Below are positions 29,964-39,412 of a stretch of 64,000 nucleotides of DNA, in pieces. The DNA comes from Candidatus Bathyarchaeota archaeon. Its GTDB lineage: Archaea; Thermoproteota; Bathyarchaeia; Bathyarchaeales; Bathycorpusculaceae. The stretch covers positions 512,001-576,000 of the forward strand of contig CAWGYA010000008.1 of the NCBI GenBank assembly GCA_963826715.1. Reading direction: 5' to 3'. The notes beneath the pieces were generated by a model that saw nothing but the letters and a program-made list of their open reading frames with translations, searched no databases and had not been told where the DNA came from. Position 1 is the stretch's first letter. Every line of letters starts with the position of its first letter. The position numbers were made by a program, and so were the translations under genes.

Positions 29964-30719
29964 TCATTGTTCACAGAGAAAAGTCGTCAACCTCTTAGAG
30001 CTAAAAACCACAAAAACCCCATAACGCATGTATCGCCCCACCCGAGGAATCAACCCCGCCGCATCCGTGCCCAACTTACACACCAAAGCAAACTCAAACA
30101 TACCCAGCGTCTCCACATCGATGACATCACGATCAAGATGTGTTCGCTCAAGCGTTGTTGTTACCAACTCTTTAGAGGCACGCAAAACAATGAGTCTATC
30201 AAGAAGAGAGTTCTGCCACGTCTGAAATTTCTCTACTTGCGAATCCGCCAACTCCGCCAGCAAACCATCTGAGGTCTTCGCGATCACTTTAACGCTTAGA
30301 ATCAAACCTTCCGAAACTGCGTAAGCATCAGCAATTTTTTTTAGTCCAACTACTTTGCCAGCCAAAAGCTGAGTCTGTAAAACCTCCAAGGGCACGCTGG
30401 CCAAAATAATTTTGGGTTCAAACACGCCCACATCCACCTGCAACCTCTCCCCATCCACCTTAGAAACGTAACCCCTCAGAACTGAGCCATCCTCAATGGC
30501 TTCGAGGGAGACAGGACAGATACCGAGTTCCCTTCGGATAAAACTTGTCGCCACCGCTTCATCCTCGCCCTCAACAGAAACCTGCACCCATTTGTTTGGG
30601 GTATTGCCTAAAACTTTGAGTTCCACATCTAAATCTTCAAATTGGTTCTGCAAAAGCTCCGTTAACTGTTTGAGTTGTGCGCCATGAAATGTTTTTACAA
30701 GTGTGGTTAAGGTAGTCAT
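29964..30719 (-). CDS. DUF2110-like conserved archaeal protein
   Basis: VEGEDE.VA..F, OB-like GYVSKV...VDVG, LGMFE..LVCK.GTDA.GLI; tfe operon context. Confidence 0.75.
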   Translation of the reverse strand: MTTLTTLVKTFHGAQLKQLTELLQNQFEDLDVELKVLGNTPNKWVQVSVEGEDEAVATSFIRRELGICPVSLEAIEDGSVLRGYVSKVDGERLQVDVGVFEPKIILASVPLEVLQTQLLAGKVVGLKKIADAYAVSEGLILSVKVIAKTSDGLLAELADSQVEKFQTWQNSLLDRLIVLRASKELVTTTLERTHLDRDVIDVETLGMFEFALVCKLGTDAAGLIPRVGRYMRYGVFVVFSSKRLTTFLCEQ

Positions 30720-31246
30720 AGCATTTCACCTAATTGAGTTGTTATTTCCTCATGCAGACTTCTAACTCTTTCTGCAACCACCTTTTTTCCCTTGCGTTGG
30801 AGCCGCTCAATTTCGATTTCGATAGGCACGATTTTCCCTTCATCTATACGTTTATCGGCATAGCAGATGACTTTTTCCTCCAACGTTTGTGGCACATAAA
30901 CGCCTTCGGGCCAACCCAGCGCCTTTGCTTCCGAGTCGACTATTCCTGCACCGACATGTCGCTTTATTATGTCGATGATCGGCTGGGGCAAATCTAGGGA
31001 TTGGGCTATTCGAGCACCGACAATGGAGTGATCAACGGTGTTGGTTTTAGAGCGTCCGATATCATGCAGAATTGCACCTACTTCTACCAAAGGCAAATCT
31101 ATTTTTTGCCCTCGAGCATCTAGTTTAATCGCTATTTGTTTAGCAAAATCCGATACAGCTATGGAGTGATCAATCACTGAAAATGGAACACCGCTTTCTT
31201 GCAAAAGGTTGATTGCTTGCTCCCTGCTGGGAAGCTGCTTATTCAC
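30716..31246 (-). CDS. HDIG-domain metal-dependent phosphohydrolase (TIGR00295-like)
   Basis: HS, LHDIGR, RHVGAG and EEKVICYADK motifs. Confidence 0.88.
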   Translation of the reverse strand: MNKQLPSREQAINLLQESGVPFSVIDHSIAVSDFAKQIAIKLDARGQKIDLPLVEVGAILHDIGRSKTNTVDHSIVGARIAQSLDLPQPIIDIIKRHVGAGIVDSEAKALGWPEGVYVPQTLEEKVICYADKRIDEGKIVPIEIEIERLQRKGKKVVAERVRSLHEEITTQLGEML

Positions 31247-31751
31247 CGAGTTCCTTCCTTAAAATTTCCACTTTTACAGAGAGCTTATCTATCATACCAT
31301 CGTTTTCGAAATGTACCAGTGATTTTCCGCAGCCTGAGCAGTGAAAAACTAGTTCCACCGCTTCCTCAAAGGGGACACGTTTACATTCTTGGCTTCCACA
31401 ATAGTAAAAATCGTGGTTTTTCTCATACTCTAGGCGGACGTTGAGTTTTTCAAGTACACGCCGTTTCTGGCTCAGTATAAAGCCTTCAAGTTGGTCAGGT
31501 TGAAGTTTCCAATGGAATATGAACCAACCAGTTTTAGGGTCGCGGGTGCGTCTTAAGCTAACTAGCGAGTGGTCGTAGAGTTTGTATAGGATTTTACGTA
31601 CAGAATTTAGGCGAATACCCGTCTTGTTGGCAATCTCGTCGTCAGTGATTTCTTCTACGCCTTTTAAATGCTCAATAAGGTTAACGGCGTCTTCTTCACC
31701 TAAGGCCAAAGCAACTTTATGTAAGGTTGCATCATCAATGGTTGATAACAT
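31239..31751 (-). CDS. tfe: Transcription factor E (TFE alpha)
   Basis: TDDEIA...VRKILYKL...RD.KTGW winged helix plus Zn ribbon. Confidence 0.93.
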   Translation of the reverse strand: MLSTIDDATLHKVALALGEEDAVNLIEHLKGVEEITDDEIANKTGIRLNSVRKILYKLYDHSLVSLRRTRDPKTGWFIFHWKLQPDQLEGFILSQKRRVLEKLNVRLEYEKNHDFYYCGSQECKRVPFEEAVELVFHCSGCGKSLVHFENDGMIDKLSVKVEILRKELGE

Positions 31752-31820
31752 AATCTCTAGAGTCCCTGTTTTTGCACTCTAATATTGCGTGGAGCTGCAA
31801 TAAAACTCTTCTCACACATT

Positions 31821-32405
31821 CTAAAGAAAATCTATATTATTTTTGATTTCCTTACCTCTCGTTTTAGGCACAATACGGATTTTGGCACTCTCAAAAGTTT
31901 TGCCTAATTCTTTCCCTTCGAAGTAGCGGTCCAGAAAAATAGCCAAAGCTGAGCACTCCGAATGTGGCTGGTTTCCCACGGCAACGTTGAAATCCGACAC
32001 ACCCTCCGAGTAGAATTCGCCCGGAACCTTTTGACTACCCACAAGTAGCAGCACATCCTTGCCGGATGCTTTGATCCTACCAACAACATCACTTGTTTGG
32101 ATGTTCTCACCATAAGCGGTTAAATGTACAACTATACCGCCATCTGCTTTCCATTCATTAACCGACCGCCTCCAAGGAGTACCCATTTCAAAGTGGAAGT
32201 TGCCGCCCCATGCTTTCACGATTTTCAACACTGTCTCCTCTATGTGAGGGTCGACTGTATCAGCTAAAATGAAACCGGACGCCGACAGCGCACGAGCCGT
32301 CAATGCTACATGTGTTGTTAACCTTACATCCCGTTGCACTCTGTGCCCCCACCGCAGAATCACGATTTTGGGTTTCTCAATTAGGGGTAAGTTGGAATGT
32401 TCCAT
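31821..32405 (-). CDS. trm56: tRNA (cytidine(56)-2'-O)-methyltransferase
   Basis: GHR..RD.R.TTHVALTARA, VHLT.YG, KVP and NQPHSE motifs. Confidence 0.93.
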   Translation of the reverse strand: MEHSNLPLIEKPKIVILRWGHRVQRDVRLTTHVALTARALSASGFILADTVDPHIEETVLKIVKAWGGNFHFEMGTPWRRSVNEWKADGGIVVHLTAYGENIQTSDVVGRIKASGKDVLLLVGSQKVPGEFYSEGVSDFNVAVGNQPHSECSALAIFLDRYFEGKELGKTFESAKIRIVPKTRGKEIKNNIDFL

Positions 32406-33627
32406 TAAGGTCCTGCACTTTCCTTTTAACCTGTTCCATTATGGAAGGATTGGCTTCTAAGATTATTTGTACTGAGTCATTTGTAAACTCTTCTTTGTGA
32501 ATGTCCGTCTTTTTGTGCACCCAAGAAATAAACGACATAGCATTGGGGGTTAGGGGCACACTGAATTGAGCATGTACAAAGTTCTCAAGAATACGCAAAA
32601 CATGCCGTTTTAGTTCCTCAAGATTTGTTTCGCACTTGGCCGACAGCAAAATAGGATTTTTGACTTTATCTTTTAGTGATTCAAGTTTTTGCTGGCGTTC
32701 TTCAAGCTTTAAGAGGTCAATTTTATTGAGTGCAGTTATCGTCGGAATACTTGATGCGCCTAACTGCTCTATGGTTTCGAGACAGACGTTGTTCTTTTTC
32801 TCAATAACATCCAATGGTTCACTTAAATCCACAACAATAATGATTAAGTCTGAAAAGATTGTTTCTTCAAGAGTCGAATGAAACGCCTCTATGAGCCCAA
32901 TTGGCAGACGATCAATGAAACCTACAGTGTCGGTTAGGAGGAACTTGCGATTGGAAAACTCAATCATACGTGTCTGGGTTGACAGCGTCGTGAAAAGGCT
33001 TTTATCGACCCGCGCCGTTTCAGCCGTTAAAGCGTTGAAAAGTGTGCTTTTGCCTGCGCTCGTGTAGCCTGCAAGCGAAACTGTTAGAAACCCCAGTTCA
33101 GTGCGCCTTTCCCGCTGCAATACACGTTTTTCGCGGATATGTGAGAGTTTTTTGAGAATGGTTTGGACTTGCAGTTTGATGGCATCTTTGTAAACGTCTG
33201 CCTCATATGCGCCTAGCCCCATAAAACCGGGTTGCTCACTGCCTTTGGATAAGCGAACTTTTTCTCGGGCATGTTTGAGTTCATTTTTGAGAGTGGCAAG
33301 CTGGATTTGAAATTGGGCCTCAGTTGTGGTTGCGCGCCGAGTAAAGATTTCTAAGATAAGCTGAAAACGGTCGATGACTTCAACGCGGGTTGCCTTGGCT
33401 AGATTATAGTTTTGACGTGTTCGCAAAGAATTATCAAAAATTACTTTATCAGCACCTAACTCTTCAACCATAGTTACGAGTTCTTCAACTTTGCCTTTGC
33501 CAATCTGGTAGCGTGAGTCAGGGCGCCTTGTTTGCTCCATGGTACCGACGATTGTGTAGCCCGCAGACTGCGCTAAACTCTTAAGTTCAGGCAAACTTGA
33601 TTGTTCACGATTTAATCGTCGCTGCAC
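32377..33627 (-). CDS. hflX: GTPase HflX
   Basis: GKGK..E, DR..LILEIF, GYTSAGKST, DTVGFI and NKID motifs. Confidence 0.95.
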   Translation of the reverse strand: MQRRLNREQSSLPELKSLAQSAGYTIVGTMEQTRRPDSRYQIGKGKVEELVTMVEELGADKVIFDNSLRTRQNYNLAKATRVEVIDRFQLILEIFTRRATTTEAQFQIQLATLKNELKHAREKVRLSKGSEQPGFMGLGAYEADVYKDAIKLQVQTILKKLSHIREKRVLQRERRTELGFLTVSLAGYTSAGKSTLFNALTAETARVDKSLFTTLSTQTRMIEFSNRKFLLTDTVGFIDRLPIGLIEAFHSTLEETIFSDLIIIVVDLSEPLDVIEKKNNVCLETIEQLGASSIPTITALNKIDLLKLEERQQKLESLKDKVKNPILLSAKCETNLEELKRHVLRILENFVHAQFSVPLTPNAMSFISWVHKKTDIHKEEFTNDSVQIILEANPSIMEQVKRKVQDLNGTFQLTPN

Positions 33628-34163
33628 TAAGACGGCTTTCGTTTACTGGAAGCCTCCTCATCTGTTTTGTCCATTTCGATGAGGTCCCCCAAGGTTAACC
33701 CTCCGCTTGCAGCAGCTTTTGAGGGCAAAGTTGTGACTTTTTCGTCGGCAATTGGAACCATCAACTTGATTTTTAGGATATGCTCAAGTTTGCCTGCAAG
33801 TTGGTTGTTTGGCGCCACTTTGCCTGTTTCAACATGTCGTAGCAGGGAGGCTTTTTCATTGATTTTTTTGCCTAAATCCTCATGGGATAAGCCGAGTTTT
33901 TCCCTAGCAGAACGAATTTGGGTTGAATAGTCTTCCACCACTTCTTGACTAATTTGAACTTGGGCAACTGGGGGTTTCTTCATTATGACCGGAAGATGCA
34001 TTGTTGATTTGGTTGGGCTGGCTTGCTGCGGAAAATCGAGTTCTTCATGCAATACAACTTTGCCGTGTTTGGAGCATTCAATGCACACGGTCAATTTAGC
34101 TCCTTCGATGATTGCTCTAACGGGTTCAGAATGGATTTTGCGTCCGCAGACTTCGCATCGCAT
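33627..34163 (-). CDS. mbf1: Multiprotein bridging factor aMBF1
   Basis: CEVCG..C..C Zn ribbon, Cro-type HTH and LTLGD motif. Confidence 0.92.
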   Translation of the reverse strand: MRCEVCGRKIHSEPVRAIIEGAKLTVCIECSKHGKVVLHEELDFPQQASPTKSTMHLPVIMKKPPVAQVQISQEVVEDYSTQIRSAREKLGLSHEDLGKKINEKASLLRHVETGKVAPNNQLAGKLEHILKIKLMVPIADEKVTTLPSKAAASGGLTLGDLIEMDKTDEEASSKRKPS

Positions 34164-34249
34164 GTTAAATGTTCACCTTTCAGTGACTTTTATTATGTTG
34201 TACTGTTTATACTTGTCGAATTAACTTTGTGCTAGGATATGGTGAAGGT

Positions 34250-34717
34250 ATGGAGAATGCAAAAGAAAGAGTCCGAATCATAGCCGATTATCAATTCGGG
34301 CGAGGCGTCGGCTCCAAACTTTTCCCCCATAACATAGAAATCGTGTTGTCGCCACGAACAGGCAGAATACGCTACATAAATCTTGGCGACGAACGACTAG
34401 CGACATTGCGGCCCACTGATGGTCTTCTGTCGCTAAGCATCAAGGCTGCGGAATTCATCACCAAAAATATTCCCGAAGCAAAATGCTTTGTCACTGTCAA
34501 AAACGATGTTTCACCATACATAGCGAAGGGTGGAGACGTGTTTGCTACACATGTAGTGTCGGTGGATAAAGAAATTCGACCAAAGGACGAAGTCATAGCA
34601 ATAGATGAGGACGGTCGCGTTTTAGCTGTCGGGCGTACACTACTCAGCAGCGATGAAATCCGTTCTTTCAAAACCGGCGTTGCCGTTAAAACCAGACATG
34701 GCAACAAAGAAAGTTAA
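34250..34717 (+). CDS. PUA-domain protein (ArcTGT C-terminal-like)
   Basis: IADYQFG, TGRIR, G.DVFA.HV and G.AVKTRHG motifs. Confidence 0.85.
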   Translation: MENAKERVRIIADYQFGRGVGSKLFPHNIEIVLSPRTGRIRYINLGDERLATLRPTDGLLSLSIKAAEFITKNIPEAKCFVTVKNDVSPYIAKGGDVFATHVVSVDKEIRPKDEVIAIDEDGRVLAVGRTLLSSDEIRSFKTGVAVKTRHGNKES

Positions 34718-34760
34718 GTATATCAAGTTGAAGATTAGAATATTGTAAGGTGCAATCTCT

Positions 34761-35126
34761 ATGAATAGACGCATGAATCCCAGAGAGCAAAAACGCATGA
34801 TGCAACGCATGGGCATGAACATGGACAACGTACCCGATGTACAACAAGTCATAATCCGGACTCCATCCAAAGATATCGTCATTGACGAGCCTGAAGTAGC
34901 AATTTTAGCGGTTCAGGGACAGAAGATGTATCAAATTATTGGTGGACAAGTCAGTGAGCAAGCCCCCTCAGCCAGAACAGTGGCAGGCACCTCAGCCAAA
35001 CCAATTTTTAGCGAGGAAGATGTCCAACTAGTAGCAGATCAAACCGGAAAGAGTTTGGAGAGGGCAAAAGAAGCGCTTATCGAAGCCGATGGCGACTTAG
35101 CCAAAGCGATTCTATTGCTTCAGTAA
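34761..35126 (+). CDS. nac: Nascent polypeptide-associated complex protein
   Basis: MNPR...MMQRMG NAC domain and C-terminal UBA (EEDVQLVA...GDLAKAIL). Confidence 0.93.
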   Translation: MNRRMNPREQKRMMQRMGMNMDNVPDVQQVIIRTPSKDIVIDEPEVAILAVQGQKMYQIIGGQVSEQAPSARTVAGTSAKPIFSEEDVQLVADQTGKSLERAKEALIEADGDLAKAILLLQ

Positions 35127-35290
35127 TAATTTTGCAATATTTTTCTATTTTTCCGGGAATCCTTCGGAACAATATTTGATCATAATAAAATATCGATACA
35201 GAAACTTATGGGGGTATAAGAGGTAATACCGCTGAATTTAGCACAAAGATACAAGGGGCACCTTTAACCAAAGTCAATTAAAGATCGCGC

Positions 35291-35602
35291 CTATATGACG
35301 AAAGTTTCGTGTACTGTGACTAAGCCGTCATCACCTATAATGTGCTTAAGCTCAACCAACAAAGGCTCAAGCTTTTCCTTCAAATCCACCACCTCAATAA
35401 TCATGGGCATATTCACTACAACCCCTTCAAGGTGCATAGTAGATTTTCCGCGTTTGCCAAATCCATTCACACCCGTCCACACCGTCGCGCCTTCAACCCC
35501 TGATTTAACGAGGAAGTCCATTATAAGTACCTGCAGTCGTTTACCGCCTACTTCATCGTTCTTTTTGATGCGAATCGTTAATTGCCACATTTTCTGTCTC
35601 AA
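35291..35602 (-). CDS. DUF190 (PII-like) protein
   Basis: G.EGATV..G..GFG and P.IIEVVD motifs; overlaps the crcB stop. Confidence 0.88.
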   Translation of the reverse strand: MRQKMWQLTIRIKKNDEVGGKRLQVLIMDFLVKSGVEGATVWTGVNGFGKRGKSTMHLEGVVVNMPMIIEVVDLKEKLEPLLVELKHIIGDDGLVTVHETFVI

Positions 35603-35988
35603 CGTACAAGCCGCTCCATAATTACATCGCCGAGGAGTTTACCACCAATTATTGCGCAAAGCGAGAGTCCAACATTTGTTAATACATTGATTGACATGAG
35701 CATTAAACGGTTGCCCTCCATAAGATTGGTGGTTTCTAGTGCAAAAGAGGACATTGTGGTAAATGACCCGCAGAAGCCCACCGCTGCGAACAGAGTGTAT
35801 TGCGAATTCAAATTCAATGCCACAGAAAGCACCGAGAACAAACCCAAAATGAAACTGCCCATCACGTTAACTATCAAGACATTGAGCGGCAAACCATAAA
35901 ATGCAACAGGAGACTCTACAATACGGTACCGCAAATATGCCCCCACAACCGCGCCGACTGCCAAGAGAGCAAACTCTATCCATTTCAC
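35599..35988 (-). CDS. crcB: Fluoride channel Fluc/CrcB
   Basis: GAVVGAYLRY, NVMGSFILG and GFCGSFTTMSSF motifs. Confidence 0.95.
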   Translation of the reverse strand: MKWIEFALLAVGAVVGAYLRYRIVESPVAFYGLPLNVLIVNVMGSFILGLFSVLSVALNLNSQYTLFAAVGFCGSFTTMSSFALETTNLMEGNRLMLMSINVLTNVGLSLCAIIGGKLLGDVIMERLVR

Positions 35989-36011
35989 ACTATTTACCTT
36001 CCAACTCTGTG

Positions 36012-36076
36012 GTAGGCATTATCAGCATCCAGCTTGGACTGCAGTTCTGGCGGTTGCCACGGCTAATGCCATAGCC
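36012..36076 (-). ncRNA. Fluoride (crcB) riboswitch
   Basis: Minus strand reads GGCTA-TGGCAT-TAGCC...AACCGC...GCTGATAATGCCTAC; P1 GGCUA/UAGCC, pseudoknot GGCAU/AUGCC; 23 nt upstream of crcB; TTTTAATA box at about 36100-36107. Confidence 0.9.
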
Positions 36077-36229
36077 AAACCAAAAATGTCAGGTAAATGT
36101 ATTAAAACCTTCCCAATCAACAACCACCACTTGAAATGCCCCATACGTCAGATTCTGCAAATTTTGTTTCCTAAATTAAGCTAATCCTATATAGGACTAA
36201 CTTGAAATATTTCATCTTGGAGCAGAAGC

Positions 36230-37153
36230 ATGGTGGCACAATATGACGTGGCAGTTGTAGGACACTTCTCAGTCGACACCATAGTGTTGCCTACAAGAAA
36301 AACTCCATTCACGGTTCTTGGAGGAGCAGCAACCTACGCGTCTTTTGCCGCACAACACCTCAACGCCTCAGCCAAAATCATCTCCAAAGTCGGCGGGAGG
36401 TTTCCAGAAGCTTATTTATGGTGGCTACAGCAGGAAGGCATAAACATATCCGCCGTAACCCGCAACCCTGAAGAAGCCACGACAAGTTTTGAACTAACAT
36501 ATAGTCAAGACCTCAGCGAACGCACTCTAAAACTCAAAAGCAAAGCGTCATCGTTAATGATTGAAGACATTCCTAAAGATTTTTACGCAAAAGCAATCCA
36601 CTTAGCACCCATCGACAACGAAATCAGCTACGAAGTTGCCGACCAACTCAAATCCTCAACAGACATTCTCTCGCTCGACCCCCAAGGCTTAATCCGCAGC
36701 TTCGACGAGACAGGAAATGTAAGCGACAACGCACTGTTGGATAACAACATTTTCACTTTAATTAATATCTACAAATCTTCCCAAAGCGAAGTCTTTACTC
36801 TAACAGGGGAAACCGAACTTAAACCCGCCATCCGCGCCATCCACGACATTGGCATAGAAACTGTCATAGTCACCCTGGGCGCAAAGGGTTCGGTGCTCTC
36901 TATAGGGGGTTCACAATACAAGATAGCTGCTTTCCCCTCACAAGTGATAGTTGACCCCACAGGGGCAGGTGATGTTTTCATTGGAGCATTCTTAACTGAA
37001 TATTTACGCCAGAAAGAGGCGCTTTGGTGTGCAGCCGTGGGTTCCGCAGCGTCTTCATTGGTTGTGGAAGGCATTGGCTCAACCTATTTCGGAACCAAAG
37101 AAGAAATTTATCGGAGAGCCACCCTACTCTATGAAAAGGAACTTAAGCAATAG
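36230..37153 (+). CDS. PfkB/ribokinase-family kinase
   Basis: LGGAATY, LDPQG, VTLGAKGS and DPTGAGD motifs. Confidence 0.92.
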   Translation: MVAQYDVAVVGHFSVDTIVLPTRKTPFTVLGGAATYASFAAQHLNASAKIISKVGGRFPEAYLWWLQQEGINISAVTRNPEEATTSFELTYSQDLSERTLKLKSKASSLMIEDIPKDFYAKAIHLAPIDNEISYEVADQLKSSTDILSLDPQGLIRSFDETGNVSDNALLDNNIFTLINIYKSSQSEVFTLTGETELKPAIRAIHDIGIETVIVTLGAKGSVLSIGGSQYKIAAFPSQVIVDPTGAGDVFIGAFLTEYLRQKEALWCAAVGSAASSLVVEGIGSTYFGTKEEIYRRATLLYEKELKQ

Positions 37154-37200
37154 CCATATAACAGCGTAGTTAGACACTGTTAGTTTGAGACGTGATATGT

Positions 37201-37398
37201 TTGGGTCGCATCGAAAAGGGTGAAAAATGCAGCGTCTGCGGCGCGGAAGCAATCCGCTCTATATCCGCTGACAAAGTAAAAGCTGCTGGGATGAAAGCAG
37301 GCAACGATAACCGCGCATATCTCTGCAAAGACCATTATAAAGAATATAAAAAGAAAAGCAAGAAAGAAAAAACCCTAGACAAATGGCGCTACGGTTAA
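37201..37398 (+). CDS. Small basic Zn-finger protein (CxxC...CxxH)
   Basis: CSVC and LCKDHYKEYKK motifs; 15 nt upstream of thrS. Confidence 0.75.
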   Translation: MGRIEKGEKCSVCGAEAIRSISADKVKAAGMKAGNDNRAYLCKDHYKEYKKKSKKEKTLDKWRYG

Positions 37399-37413
37399 TC
37401 GAGGATAATTGCA

Positions 37414-39318
37414 ATGCGGATTTTGCAACTTCATTCTAACTTTATTGTTTTCAAACCTGTTGAGAAAGAAATTAACATCGCTGAGGAAGCCACGAAAGAA
37501 GAAACCCGTGTTGAAGAAGTTGTTGTACTCTTCACCGCAATCGAAGAAGGCGATACACCAGCGCTGGCGAAGAAAGCCATCGACGAAGCCCGCGCTTTTT
37601 TGGGTAAACTCAAAGTTAATCGCGTTCTCATTTATCCCTTCGCACATCTGAGCAGCAACCTCTCCAACCCCACAGATGCATTAAAGATTATTCAGGAAAT
37701 GGAAAGTTACGCCAAACAAAAAGGAATAGAGACTTTCCACGCTCCATTTGGCTGGAACAAACAATTCACCATATCCATCAAGGGGCATCCATTGGCTGAG
37801 CAATCCCGTAGCTACACTCCCGCCCAAGCAACCGCAAATCCACAGACCCAAGCACCATGTGAAAACAAAAAAGAAGAAGAACAAGTTTCCGAGGCACTCA
37901 AAGCAGAGGACACTATGAAATCTTTCTGGCATGTTCTGCAAACCGATGGCTCACTGGTGTCTACTGAAGAATTCAATTTTAAGGGACATGGCAACCTACA
38001 GAAATTCAGCAATTACGAAATTAAAAAAACCCGCGCAGTTACTCAGATGCCACCTCATGTACAACTGATGAAGCGGCTTGAAATCGCAGATTACGAACCT
38101 GGTAGTGACCCAGGAAACGTCCGCTGGTACCCTAAGGGGCGCCTCATAAAATCTCTTCTTGAGCAGTACGTGAGCCTGCGAGTTGCGAAATACGGAGGCA
38201 TGGAAGTTGAAACCCCAATCATGTACGATTTCAACCACCCAAGCCTCGCCAGCTACCTAAACCGCTTTCCGGCCCGCCAATACGTTCTAAAATCCGAAGA
38301 CAAAGAGCTGTTTTTGCGGTTTGCCGCGTGCTTTGGGCAGTTTCTCATGGCGCACGATGCTCAATTCAGTTACAAACAGATGCCCATCAAACTCTATGAG
38401 CTTACACGCTACAGTTTTCGCAGAGAAAAAAGCGGTGAAGTCGTCGGGCTTAAACGACTTCGCGCATTCACCATGCCCGACTGCCACGCCTTCTGCACTG
38501 ATCTTGAACAGGCAAAAGAGGAGTTTATGACTCGCTTTGAGCTCTGCCTTAACGTGCTTGCCAACATTGGTTTGGTTAGCGAAGACTACGAAATCGCTAT
38601 GCGCTTTACCAAAGACTTTTATGCTGAAAATAAAGACTTCATCGCACATTTGGTAGCTAAAGTCGGCAAGCCGATTCTTGCAGAAGTCTGGAACGAGCGT
38701 TTTTTCTACTTCGCGTTGAAATGGGACCTCAATTTCATAGATAACCAAGACAAAGCGGCAGCGCTCAGCACCGACCAAATCGACGTGGAAAACGCGAAAC
38801 GCTACGAAATCACCTACGTTGATGAAAAAGGAGAGAAACAATATCCGCTTATCTTGCATTGCAGCCCAAGCGGTGCTATCGAACGCGATATCTATGCGTT
38901 GCTGGAGAAAGCTTATCGTGAGCAGATGACAGGTAAAGCACCCATGCTGCCGTTATGGCTTTCGCCGACTCAAGTGCGTTTGATTCCGATTTCAGATAAA
39001 TTCCTTGACAAAGTTGAGGAGTTAGCCCAGCAAATTGCTGCTCACTGTATCCGTGTTGACATTGATGACTCCGCTTCGACGTTGCAGAAGAAGATTCGTG
39101 AGGCTGAGCAAGAGTGGGTTCCATACATCATCGTTGTGGGTGAGAAAGAAATCGAGTCAGGTCTGCTCTCAGTTCGTGATCGTAAACAGAAAGGCAAACA
39201 AGAAAATATGACCACCGATCAAATTATTCTCAAGGTATCTGAGAATATTGCAGGTAAGCCTTTCAAGCCTCTGCCGTTACCTGTGTATATCTCTAAGCGT
39301 CCGCAGTTCCACGGTTAA
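37414..39318 (+). CDS. thrS: Threonyl-tRNA synthetase (archaeal type with N-terminal editing domain)
   Basis: MRILQLH, YPFAHLS, PFGW.K, LRFAACFG and LHCSPSG motifs. Confidence 0.96.
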   Translation: MRILQLHSNFIVFKPVEKEINIAEEATKEETRVEEVVVLFTAIEEGDTPALAKKAIDEARAFLGKLKVNRVLIYPFAHLSSNLSNPTDALKIIQEMESYAKQKGIETFHAPFGWNKQFTISIKGHPLAEQSRSYTPAQATANPQTQAPCENKKEEEQVSEALKAEDTMKSFWHVLQTDGSLVSTEEFNFKGHGNLQKFSNYEIKKTRAVTQMPPHVQLMKRLEIADYEPGSDPGNVRWYPKGRLIKSLLEQYVSLRVAKYGGMEVETPIMYDFNHPSLASYLNRFPARQYVLKSEDKELFLRFAACFGQFLMAHDAQFSYKQMPIKLYELTRYSFRREKSGEVVGLKRLRAFTMPDCHAFCTDLEQAKEEFMTRFELCLNVLANIGLVSEDYEIAMRFTKDFYAENKDFIAHLVAKVGKPILAEVWNERFFYFALKWDLNFIDNQDKAAALSTDQIDVENAKRYEITYVDEKGEKQYPLILHCSPSGAIERDIYALLEKAYREQMTGKAPMLPLWLSPTQVRLIPISDKFLDKVEELAQQIAAHCIRVDIDDSASTLQKKIREAEQEWVPYIIVVGEKEIESGLLSVRDRKQKGKQENMTTDQIILKVSENIAGKPFKPLPLPVYISKRPQFHG

Positions 39319-39412
39319 TAAACGCGTTCTAAATGAATCACATGTATCACTGGGATAAGCTATATTTACGAATTGGACAATATGAAAAAGCCATACGAGA
39401 AGGTATAAACAA

